From positions 2,650 through 66,649 of the forward strand of contig JAJDBU010000028.1 in NCBI GenBank assembly GCA_029261195.1: a stretch of DNA of 64,000 nucleotides, in the 5' to 3' direction. The notes under the pieces are model-generated. The model was given only the letters and a program-made list of their open reading frames with translations, was not told the DNA's origin and ran no database searches. The position numbers and the translations under genes are program-made. Source of the DNA: Nitrospirota bacterium. GTDB taxonomy: Bacteria; Nitrospirota; Nitrospiria; SBBL01; JAADHI01. Positions 34,733-43,253 of this stretch are shown here, piece by piece (the stretch's first letter is position 1; every line of letters begins with the position of its first letter).

Positions 34733-37507
34733 ATGCCATCTGCCCGGATCTTGGTGATCGACGAAGCACATATCGCAGAAGAAATCCACTCCCGCTTAAC
34801 CGGCCTAGGCTATGAGGTCGTAATAGGAGTTAATTCGGGTGAAGAGGCAATCCAAAACATAAAGTCCGATCCCCCCGCCCTGGTTTTGATGGGCGCTTTG
34901 TCGCATTGCAAAATGGATGGTATTGAAACAGCCCGCCAAATACAGACGCGTTGTAATATTCCGGTGGTTTATCTTATCGACGCGTCCGATGTAAAAAAAC
35001 CGGATTGGTCTGCATTGGCCGACGCAGACGGACACCTTGTTAAACCGATCAATATAGAAGCATTGCACATCATCGTAGAACGGGCGCTTCGCAAAGCATC
35101 TTCAATAAAACAAGCCGTAGACAATGAAACACGGTTTAGGAAGATCTTTGAGCATTCCCAGGATGCCGTCTTTGTGATCTGCCCTGCAAACAATACCATC
35201 CTTGAGATCAATCCCAGTGCCTGTAAAATGTTTGGGTTTACCCGGGAAGAATTGTTGTCCAAGCCGATGGCGGACATCCATCCGGACCAAGAACCCGTAA
35301 TAAAAACATTTGTCCAATCCGTTTTAAGGGATGGAAAAGCCTGGACCGATCAACTGACCGGCCGAAAGAAGGATGGTCAATTCCTTTCTCTGGAGATTTC
35401 TGCCTCTACGATCTATCTGCACGGTAAAATCTGTATCCTGGCTTTGAAACGCGATATTACCCACCGGAAACAACGCGAAGAAGTCCTGAAGCTGATGCAA
35501 TTTACAATCGACCGGGCTGCAACCCCGACATTCTTCATGGAATCTGACGCCCGGTTTTTTTATGTGAATGAGGCCGCTTGTCGCGTGCTGGGTTATTCAC
35601 GTGAAGAACTCCTTTCGATGAGTGTCCATGATATTGACCCAGATGCGCTACCAGAGACCTGGCCGGAAACCTGGAAGAGATTAAAGGCACAACGCACCCT
35701 CACGATTGAATCCCATCACCGCACAAAGGCAGGAAAAATCTTTCCCGTCGAAATCACATCAAACTATCTGGCCTTCCACGGGAATGAGTACAACTGCACC
35801 TTTGCGCATGATATTATCGCTCGGAAGCAGGAGGAGAAACAGCAGCGTCTGTCGGCAGCTATTTTTGACGCAGCATCCGAGGCGATTATGGTCACTGATA
35901 TTGAGTCAACGCTTCTTTCAGTCAATCCCGCCTTTACCCATCTGACAGGGTATACCGCCGAGGAGGTCATCGGAAAGCCGGTCAAGATGCTTCATTCCGG
36001 CAAACATGATAAGGCCTTCTTTCTGGAGATGTGGGACACCATCCAAAGCACCGGAAAGTGGCAGGGGGAGATCTGGAACAAGAAGAAGAATGGAGAGACC
36101 TACCCGGCATGGCTTTCAATCTCCAGTGTGACGGATGGACTGGGAAAGCTGATCCAATATACCGGCATGTTGAGCGATATCACCCAAAGAAAATTGGACG
36201 AAAAGAAGCTCCACTTTCAGGCCACGCATGATCCGCTCACCGACCTTGCCAATCGGACGCTCATCATTGAACGTCTATCGCAAGTACTGAAGCAAGGTCA
36301 AAGAACAGGGCGCTTGGCGGCATTGTTCTTTGTTGACCTCGACCACTTTAAACAGATCAACGACACCCTCGGGCATCTTGCCGGCGACGAAATTCTAAAG
36401 GAGACGACCGCTCGCCTGCTTGACACGGTTCGAGAGACCGATACCGTCGCGCGCACCAGCGGTGATGAATTCTTAATCCTCTTTCCCAAAATCACACATC
36501 GACGGGATGTTGTCCCCGTAGCAAAAAAAATCATCAGAAATTTATCGACATTTCAGCTCAATGAACAACAGGTCTTTCTCGGCGCCAGCATCGGCATCGC
36601 GATTGCCCCTCATGACGGGGACGAGGTCTCCAGTCTTTTGAAACATGCGGACATGGCGATGTATAAAGCAAAGGAGGCCGGGCGGAATCGCTATCATTTC
36701 TATAATCAGAAAATGGAGGTAGAAACCCAGGAACGGAACCTTCTGGAGTGGGATTTAAGAAGGGCGCTTCAGCGGAAGGAGTTGGTCATGCACTATCAAC
36801 CCCTCGTTGACCTCCACAGCTCAAAAACAGTCTCTGTCGAAGCCTTAATCCGTTGGGAACATCCTCAGCGGGGACTCCTTTTTCCCGGCCTGTTTATTCC
36901 TATTTCGGAAGATTCCGACCTGATCAACCAGATCGGTACCTGGGTTTTGAATACGGCCTGTTCTCAGGTAAAGACTTGGCAGGATCGCTATGCATTCGAC
37001 GCCTCTGTTTCTGTGAACGTATCAAGCCGACAATTCGGCACTGGCGAGTTATTGTCAAGCGTCACGACAGCCTTAGAGGAAAGCGGTCTTTCGCCGGAGC
37101 GCTTGACGATTGAAATGACCGAAAGCCTGATGCTTGACCCGGCTGAGGAAGAGCCTATCTTAAAGCTGAAGGCCCTTAAGGAAATTGGAGTTAAACTCGC
37201 GGTGGATGATTTTGGCACAGGCTACTCCTCTTTGAGCTATCTTTCAAAATATCCAATCGACCATCTGAAAATCGATCAGTCCTTTATAAAGGATGTTCCC
37301 TCCGATCCGAAGAAAAAGAACCTCGTAGAGGCGATTATTCGAATGGGAGAGAGCCTCCACCTTGAGACGGTTGCCGAAGGGATTGAAACGGATGAAGCGC
37401 TCAGTTGTTTGAAAGAGCTGGGTTGCAAGACGGGACAAGGCTACTACTTCAGCAAACCGGTTCCAGCGAAAACTTACGAAGCCGTATTAGAAAAAAGAGA
37501 AGTTTGA
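34733..37507 (+). CDS. Response-regulator receiver - 3x PAS - GGDEF (SGDEF variant) - EAL protein
   Basis: 924-aa ORF. REC domain (ILVIDEAH...). PAS repeats each ending in ...DITHRK / ...HDIIARKQ / ...SDITQRK. GGDEF domain with RTSGDEFLILF. EAL domain with EALIRW, DDFGTGYSSLSYL and EGIET. Confidence 0.9.
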   Translation: MPSARILVIDEAHIAEEIHSRLTGLGYEVVIGVNSGEEAIQNIKSDPPALVLMGALSHCKMDGIETARQIQTRCNIPVVYLIDASDVKKPDWSALADADGHLVKPINIEALHIIVERALRKASSIKQAVDNETRFRKIFEHSQDAVFVICPANNTILEINPSACKMFGFTREELLSKPMADIHPDQEPVIKTFVQSVLRDGKAWTDQLTGRKKDGQFLSLEISASTIYLHGKICILALKRDITHRKQREEVLKLMQFTIDRAATPTFFMESDARFFYVNEAACRVLGYSREELLSMSVHDIDPDALPETWPETWKRLKAQRTLTIESHHRTKAGKIFPVEITSNYLAFHGNEYNCTFAHDIIARKQEEKQQRLSAAIFDAASEAIMVTDIESTLLSVNPAFTHLTGYTAEEVIGKPVKMLHSGKHDKAFFLEMWDTIQSTGKWQGEIWNKKKNGETYPAWLSISSVTDGLGKLIQYTGMLSDITQRKLDEKKLHFQATHDPLTDLANRTLIIERLSQVLKQGQRTGRLAALFFVDLDHFKQINDTLGHLAGDEILKETTARLLDTVRETDTVARTSGDEFLILFPKITHRRDVVPVAKKIIRNLSTFQLNEQQVFLGASIGIAIAPHDGDEVSSLLKHADMAMYKAKEAGRNRYHFYNQKMEVETQERNLLEWDLRRALQRKELVMHYQPLVDLHSSKTVSVEALIRWEHPQRGLLFPGLFIPISEDSDLINQIGTWVLNTACSQVKTWQDRYAFDASVSVNVSSRQFGTGELLSSVTTALEESGLSPERLTIEMTESLMLDPAEEEPILKLKALKEIGVKLAVDDFGTGYSSLSYLSKYPIDHLKIDQSFIKDVPSDPKKKNLVEAIIRMGESLHLETVAEGIETDEALSCLKELGCKTGQGYYFSKPVPAKTYEAVLEKREV

Positions 37508-37559
37508 GGAACTGGGATGGATTGCAATTCAGCCCCTTGTTTCCATATCATGCCGAAAT

Positions 37560-38963
37560 ATGGCGAAAATCAAAACAGCTTTTTTCTGTCAGGAATGTGG
37601 ATACCGCTCACCGAAGTGGCTGGGCAAATGTCCCGACTGCGAGGAATGGCATTCACTTGTTGAAGAAACGATCACACCTGCTGGCGTAGGAAGCGGGAAC
37701 GAACGCTGGGTTTCCAGTGTCGGCAGTGATAAACGAACAAGCAAACCTCTACCGCTTTCAAAAATAGAAATCTCATCCGAGCCGCGCACACCGACGGGTT
37801 CTGCGGAATTTGATCGTGTGCTTGGCGGCGGCGTTGTTGCCGGATCGGTAATTCTGATCGGTGGCGATCCCGGTATCGGAAAATCGACCCTTATTCTTCA
37901 GTCGCTTCATAACTTGGGCAAGGGACGGGGTAAGGTACTCTATGTCTCCGGAGAGGAGTCAGCAGCGCAGATCAAGCTCCGGGCCGACCGCTTAAAGATC
38001 GCCTCCGACGATCTTTATATCTTTGCCGAAACCGCCTTTGAAGAAATCATCCAACAGGCGGAAACGCTGAAACCGGTTGCCATCGTCGTAGATTCCATTC
38101 AAACGGTCTATACCCGTCAACTCAATTCTGCACCCGGCAGTGTCAGCCAGATTCGAGAGGTTGCCTCGCAGTTGATGTTTTATGCCAAACGCACAGGCGT
38201 CGCGATTTTTATTATCGGGCATGTCACCAAGGAAGGAACGATTGCCGGTCCGCGTATCCTGGAGCATATTGTCGATACCGTCCTTTATTTTGAAGGGGGG
38301 AAGGACCATGCCTATCGCCTACTACGCGGGGTAAAAAACCGCTTCGGGCCGGTGCATGAACTGGGCATCTATGAGATGAAAGGGGTGGGTCTGGTCGAGG
38401 TTGAAAATCCCTCCGGCCTTTTTCTATCAGAGCGACCGAAGGATGCGGCAGGCTCCGTGGTCATCGCGACTCAGGAAGGGAGCCGTCCGATGCTGGTCGA
38501 ACTTCAGGCCCTGGTGAGTCAAAGCTATTTAGGTTCGGCACGGCGGATGTCTTTGGGAGTGGATTCCAACCGGATGTCCCTGCTTTTGGCGATTCTTGAA
38601 AAACGCGCCGGATTGCAACTGGGCGATCAGGATGTCTTTGTGAATGTGGTGAGCGGTATTCAAATCAACGAACCGGCCATTGATTTAGGCATTGTGGCGG
38701 CAGTGGCCTCAAGTTTTCGGGATCGGCCCATTGATCCGGAGACGATTGTTTTCGGCGAAGTCGGATTGGCCGGTGAAATCCGCAGCATCCAACAAGCCGC
38801 ACAGCGCATCCGAGAAGCGGAAAAATTGGGGTTTAAACGCTGTATTTTGCCACAGCGAAATGCGGAGATGTTGCGGAAAGAAGGTCTTGGGGAAGGTATC
38901 GGGAAGATTAAAATTGCCTTGGTTGGGGTGTCGCAGATCGGGGAAGTGTTGGGGGTGTTGTAG
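37560..38963 (+). CDS. radA: DNA repair protein RadA/Sms
   Basis: 467-aa ORF. Zinc finger CQECGYRSPKWLGKCPDCEEW, Walker A GGDPGIGKST, KNRFGP motif, Lon-like C-terminal domain. Confidence 0.95.
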   Translation: MAKIKTAFFCQECGYRSPKWLGKCPDCEEWHSLVEETITPAGVGSGNERWVSSVGSDKRTSKPLPLSKIEISSEPRTPTGSAEFDRVLGGGVVAGSVILIGGDPGIGKSTLILQSLHNLGKGRGKVLYVSGEESAAQIKLRADRLKIASDDLYIFAETAFEEIIQQAETLKPVAIVVDSIQTVYTRQLNSAPGSVSQIREVASQLMFYAKRTGVAIFIIGHVTKEGTIAGPRILEHIVDTVLYFEGGKDHAYRLLRGVKNRFGPVHELGIYEMKGVGLVEVENPSGLFLSERPKDAAGSVVIATQEGSRPMLVELQALVSQSYLGSARRMSLGVDSNRMSLLLAILEKRAGLQLGDQDVFVNVVSGIQINEPAIDLGIVAAVASSFRDRPIDPETIVFGEVGLAGEIRSIQQAAQRIREAEKLGFKRCILPQRNAEMLRKEGLGEGIGKIKIALVGVSQIGEVLGVL

Positions 38964-39044
38964 TACAAGCCATTCCTTTTGGAGAATCGGTCAGTAAAAT
39001 TGAAGTTATCTTTATAAACCCCTAGAATTACAAAAGGAAAAATT

Positions 39045-39467
39045 TTGAGTATTGCTCAAGACAATATACCTGCAATTCAAACCATCCAAAAACACCTTCC
39101 AAGTGTACAAGGCATCTACCTTTTCGGAACCTACGGTACAGAAGATCAAATGCCGGAAAGTGATGTGGATATTGCCCTGCTCCTGCCTCATGCCGATGCG
39201 AAGGCTCAGGGTAAGCTCTACGGCACGACATTGCATTCAGAGCTCGAAAGGCATTTTAATTTAAAAGTTGACTTGGTTAATTTAAGAAGGGTGAATATTG
39301 TTTTCCAAAAAGAAGTCATCGCTGCTGACCGGAGAATCTTTTGCGGCGATATCTATGCCGCAGACGAGTACGAAATGTTGACGATTTCCTTCTACCAAAA
39401 ATTAAACGAAGAGCGCGCGGAAATCATCGAAGACGGCATCAAAACCGGCCGATTTTACGACGTATAA
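39045..39467 (+). CDS. mntA: MNT-type nucleotidyltransferase antitoxin (MntA-like)
   Basis: 140-aa ORF with a TTG start. Minimal nucleotidyltransferase motif LFGTYGTEDQMPESDVDIALLL (G[ST]-x-DxD). Confidence 0.8.
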   Translation: MSIAQDNIPAIQTIQKHLPSVQGIYLFGTYGTEDQMPESDVDIALLLPHADAKAQGKLYGTTLHSELERHFNLKVDLVNLRRVNIVFQKEVIAADRRIFCGDIYAADEYEMLTISFYQKLNEERAEIIEDGIKTGRFYDV

Positions 39468-39476
39468 ACAGTGACT

Positions 39477-39899
39477 ATGAATCTCGACCTTATTTTAAAC
39501 AAAAAAGAAAGCATTGAGCGTTGCATTCGGCAGATCCGTCGTTATTATGCCTTGCCGGCAGATGAAGCTTTTGCAGAGAATTATTTAAAACAGGATGCGA
39601 TTGCAATAAATCTACAACGTGCCTGTGAGCTTTGCATTGATCTGGCAAATCACACCATCAAATCAAAAAAACTTGGGCTCCCAAAAGAAAGTAAAGAGAG
39701 CTTTCGTTTACTGGCTGAAAATAAGATTATCTCCAAAATCCTGTTGCTAAAACTGGAAGGGATGGTCGGGTTCCGAAATGTTCTAGTTCACGGTTATCAG
39801 AAGGTGGATATTGCCATCATGATTGATGTAATTGAAAATCGGCTGGAAGATTTACTTGTATTTACAAATGCAATTTTGCAGGAGATGGACAGGAAGTAA
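39477..39899 (+). CDS. hepT: HEPN-domain (DUF86) toxin (HepT-like)
   Basis: Rx4H HEPN motif in FRNVLVHGYQKVD. Begins 4-10 nt after mntA (GTG 39471 or ATG 39477). Confidence 0.8.
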   Translation: MNLDLILNKKESIERCIRQIRRYYALPADEAFAENYLKQDAIAINLQRACELCIDLANHTIKSKKLGLPKESKESFRLLAENKIISKILLLKLEGMVGFRNVLVHGYQKVDIAIMIDVIENRLEDLLVFTNAILQEMDRK

Positions 39900-39903
39900 A
39901 AAA

Positions 39904-40704
39904 ATGATGCAATTGATCTTCCGTTCTTTGATGATTCTTTCCCTGTCCCTCCTGACGCTTCCCGCTTGCACAAAACAGATCCGGCCAAGGCCCGCCACAG
40001 GGCCGGAAGTGATCAAACTGGATGCCTCGCTTGACGAGTTACTCCAGCTCTACCAACAGCGACAACAAGAGAGAAGCACGCTCAAAGCACTGATTGAGGT
40101 CAAGGCCGATTTAGGTGAGCGAGGGACACACAGCTTTCAGTCTGCCTGGCGCTCTCAGAAAGATCGCGTCAAGATGAAAGGCTTTGATCTTTTTGGACGA
40201 ACAATTTTCGATCTCAATCTGGAGGGTTCAAGCTTTTCAATATTCATCCCATCAGAGCAGAAAGTTTTTGAGGGCGACCTCGAACATTTTGACGACATGG
40301 CAGGGGGGAAAATCCCCTTCGGGTCATCCGATCTGCTTGAATGGCTTAAACGCAGCGGCATCCCGGATGTCGGCCCGGACCGTATCCCGGCCCTCGAAAA
40401 ACGAGATGATATTTTTATCCTTTATGTTTTTTCCAGTGAGGCGGGCCTGGGCTTTTTGAAAGAAAAGATCTGGATCGAACGGACAGGCTTTCGGATAGAA
40501 AGGGTTGATCTGTTTGATCGCACAGGCATTCGGAAAGGGTTGATCATCCTTGATGACTACCGAGAGATCGACGGCCGGTTCTTCCCCTTTTCCATTACGG
40601 GGAACAGCCGCGGACAAGTACTTGAATTAAAGTTCAAAGAGGTCTCCTTTCCTGTTGCCCCCTTTGCTGAAAGTCGGGCATTCCCCGGAAAAGGATTGCA
40701 ATGA
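39904..40704 (+). CDS. Outer-membrane lipoprotein, LolB/DUF4292-like
   Basis: ATG at 39904 gives MMQLIFRSLMILSLSLLTLPAC (lipobox). Size and composition fit the LolB-like family. The assignment is tentative. Confidence 0.55.
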   Translation: MMQLIFRSLMILSLSLLTLPACTKQIRPRPATGPEVIKLDASLDELLQLYQQRQQERSTLKALIEVKADLGERGTHSFQSAWRSQKDRVKMKGFDLFGRTIFDLNLEGSSFSIFIPSEQKVFEGDLEHFDDMAGGKIPFGSSDLLEWLKRSGIPDVGPDRIPALEKRDDIFILYVFSSEAGLGFLKEKIWIERTGFRIERVDLFDRTGIRKGLIILDDYREIDGRFFPFSITGNSRGQVLELKFKEVSFPVAPFAESRAFPGKGLQ

Positions 40705-41444
40705 AGGTCCTGGCGATTGAAACCTCGACCCTCGCCGGAGGCGTCGCCCTGATGGATGAGAAGCGGCTGATCGCCGAGTATCGCCTTGATGTTGTCGTGC
40801 ATCATTCGGAACGTATCCTCAGTGCAATCGACTTGCTCCTGAAAGAAAGCGGAACAACTGTCGCCGAACTGGATGCAATTGCCGTATCGGTCGGTCCGGG
40901 TTCTTTTACCGGTCTCCGGGTCGGGCTTGCTACAGCGAAGGGCCTGGCAATTGGTCGAGGTAAGCCCCTGGTGCTTGTACCCACGCTTGAAGCCTTTGCC
41001 GCGATACTCAAGTACAGCGAGACCTGGATCGTTCCCTTTATGGATGCGCGTAAGGCAGAGGTCTATTGGGCGCTCTTTAAGTCTCAAAATGGGAATATCA
41101 AGCGATTTAGCAGCGATGCTGCGAATACGACGGAGGTCGCACTTCGGGAAATTGCAAGTCTGTCTGCTGCACACCAAAGGCATGAATCGGTGATGTTTGT
41201 GGGTGACGGTGTCAGTCGCTATCAAGAGCTGATCCTGAAGGAGATGCCCGATATCGCCCGCTTTCCATCACCACTTTTTCAGTTTCCATCCGCCGCTGCT
41301 GTGGCGGAATTAGCACTCGTCAAACTTGAAAAGGGGGAGGTCTGCGACCCTGTGCTCGCAGTGCCCAGCTATGTCAGAGCATCGACACCGGAGTTGAAAA
41401 GGGCAGCGGCGGCGCGTAAAATAACAGGCGAAGAGACACAGTGA
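40701..41444 (+). CDS. tsaB: tRNA t6A37 biosynthesis protein TsaB
   Basis: 247-aa ORF. MKVLAIETSTLAGGVAL ... AVSVGPGSFTGLRVGLATAKGLA. Confidence 0.9.
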   Translation: MKVLAIETSTLAGGVALMDEKRLIAEYRLDVVVHHSERILSAIDLLLKESGTTVAELDAIAVSVGPGSFTGLRVGLATAKGLAIGRGKPLVLVPTLEAFAAILKYSETWIVPFMDARKAEVYWALFKSQNGNIKRFSSDAANTTEVALREIASLSAAHQRHESVMFVGDGVSRYQELILKEMPDIARFPSPLFQFPSAAAVAELALVKLEKGEVCDPVLAVPSYVRASTPELKRAAAARKITGEETQ

Positions 41445-41468
41445 ACCGGTGCTGAACCCTTGGAATTT

Positions 41469-41975
41469 ATGACTTTTACGCAAAAAAATCTAGAGTATGC
41501 CCCCGCCAAACTCGCTGATTTAGAACAAATTATGATGATAGAGCGAGTCTCTTTTCCCTACCCCTGGACCGAAGGCATGGTCGTAAGCGAACTCTGTGAT
41601 GCCCCATTCTCTTTTTCATATGTTGCAAGAGATCCCGAAAAAAACCGGATTATCGCCTATGTTTTCATGAGGGCTTTGTTTGACGAACTTCACCTGCTGA
41701 GTATCGCCGTTGCTCCGGCATGGCGAAGACAGGGAATTGGAGAGGCCTTACTTGCTCTCGTCCTCAAAACAGTCCACGAAAAGGGGCTAAAACGCATTAG
41801 CCTGGAGGTTCGGGTTTCAAATCTACCCGCCTGCAAGCTTTACCGGAAGTTCGGATTTAAGGAGGTTGGCCTTCGGCGCGGGTATTATTGCAAGCCCACC
41901 GAGAATGGACTGGCGCTTCAATATGAAGTCCCAACGCCGCCTTTGATGAAAGCAGTCGGCTTTCCCGGTCTATAA
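41469..41975 (+). CDS. rimI: Ribosomal-protein-alanine N-acetyltransferase RimI
   Basis: GNAT acetyl-CoA motif LLSIAVAPAWRRQGIGEALL. Follows tsaB, as in many genomes. Confidence 0.85.
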   Translation: MTFTQKNLEYAPAKLADLEQIMMIERVSFPYPWTEGMVVSELCDAPFSFSYVARDPEKNRIIAYVFMRALFDELHLLSIAVAPAWRRQGIGEALLALVLKTVHEKGLKRISLEVRVSNLPACKLYRKFGFKEVGLRRGYYCKPTENGLALQYEVPTPPLMKAVGFPGL

Positions 41976-42023
41976 ATAAAAAATGACACTTGATGCAACA
42001 CTCACATAAGGAAAGGAGGAATA

Positions 42024-42275
42024 ATGACGATGAATGAAGAGAAGCATATTGTCGAGGCCTTGCGTAAAGAGAGTTATCATTTTCGTAGTTTAGAAAAAAC
42101 ACATCTGGAATTGGAAGCATCGCTTGACGGAATAAACAAAAGAAAAATTTTAAGCGCAGAAGATGAATTGCAGAAAAAAAAGGTTCAAAAGGAAAAACTC
42201 GCCGCCAAGGACACAATGGTGCAGATGATACGTGATGCAAGCCTGACGGGTAAAACGAAATTGCGGGTTGGATAA
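42024..42275 (+). CDS. DUF465 (YdcH-like) coiled-coil protein
   Basis: 83-aa ORF. ...HFRSLEKTHLELEASLDGINKRKILSAEDELQKKKVQKEKLAAKD. Confidence 0.6.
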   Translation: MTMNEEKHIVEALRKESYHFRSLEKTHLELEASLDGINKRKILSAEDELQKKKVQKEKLAAKDTMVQMIRDASLTGKTKLRVG

Positions 42276-42281
42276 AACAGG

Positions 42282-42509
42282 ATGTTTGGCATTGGGATCC
42301 CAGAACTCATCGTCATTATGATCATTGCTTTTGTTGTGGTCGGTCCCGAAAAATTACCTCAAATCGCCAGAGCGCTCGGGAAGGGGATTTTTGAACTAAA
42401 GCGGGCAACGGAAGGCATACGAGAAGAAATTGAAAACGAGGGAGACAAACTCGAAGAGATATTAGAGGAGACGAAGAAGGGAAAGGGTGAAGCAGAAGGC
42501 CGAGGGTAG
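42282..42509 (+). CDS. tatA: Twin-arginine translocase subunit TatA/TatB family
   Basis: 75-aa ORF. MFGIGIPELIVIMIIAFVVVGPEKLPQIARALGKG. Confidence 0.9.
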   Translation: MFGIGIPELIVIMIIAFVVVGPEKLPQIARALGKGIFELKRATEGIREEIENEGDKLEEILEETKKGKGEAEGRG

Positions 42510-42522
42510 TAATACGGCGGAA

Positions 42523-43248
42523 ATGCCGATCACCGGCCACTTGCAGGAGTTTCGGCAAAGACTGATAAAATCGGTCCTTGTGCTGGTTCTGGCCGCCGGG
42601 ATCTCCTTCTATTATTCTGAAGTATTGCTGGGCTGGATTAGGCGTCCGTTGGGCGCGGATCTGGTCTTTTTAAGCCCGGCAGAAGCCTTCTGGGCCGATA
42701 TGAAAATCGCCCTTTTTTTTGGCTTCCTCGTTGCTTTTCCAGTGATTCTTTACGAAGTTTGGCTCTTCATTGCACCGGGCCTACTCAAGAATGAACGCGG
42801 GGCCATCTTCCCCCTTTTTTCTTTCGGCGTTTTGTTATTCTACGGTGGCCTGGCCTTCTGTCACTTCGTCGCCCTTCCCTTTGCCTTGGATTTTTTGATC
42901 AATTACGGACGAAATGCGGGCATTCAACCCCTCATCTCCGTATCCAGTTATGTCGATTTTAATCTCAAAATACTGCTGGCCTTCGCACTGATCTTTGAGC
43001 TACCCCTGGTCATGGTGGTTCTGGCCAAGATGGGACTTCTGACGCCGGACCTGCTTTCAAAAAATCGAAAATATGCCGTCCTCGGCGCCTTTTTGATTGC
43101 AGCTATCGCAACACCCACACCGGATATCTTTAATCAAGTCATCATGGCGGTTCCGCTCATCATCCTTTATGAGGTGGGGATTATTACCGTTCGTCTCTTC
43201 GGTGGAAACAAACGAAGCACAGCACAGAAAGAATCAGAAGAGGTTTAA
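42523..43248 (+). CDS. tatC: Twin-arginine translocase subunit TatC
   Basis: ATG at 42523 gives MPITGHLQEFRQRLIKSV..., a typical TatC start, followed by six TM segments. The track ORF starts at an upstream GTG that overlaps tatA. Confidence 0.92.
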   Translation: MPITGHLQEFRQRLIKSVLVLVLAAGISFYYSEVLLGWIRRPLGADLVFLSPAEAFWADMKIALFFGFLVAFPVILYEVWLFIAPGLLKNERGAIFPLFSFGVLLFYGGLAFCHFVALPFALDFLINYGRNAGIQPLISVSSYVDFNLKILLAFALIFELPLVMVVLAKMGLLTPDLLSKNRKYAVLGAFLIAAIATPTPDIFNQVIMAVPLIILYEVGIITVRLFGGNKRSTAQKESEEV

Positions 43249-43253
43249 TTAAC

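Noticed and set aside
40557-41225. 222-aa ORF on the minus strand.
   Set aside because: It lies antisense to tsaB and the lolB-like gene, both of which have clear family motifs. It is a shadow ORF.
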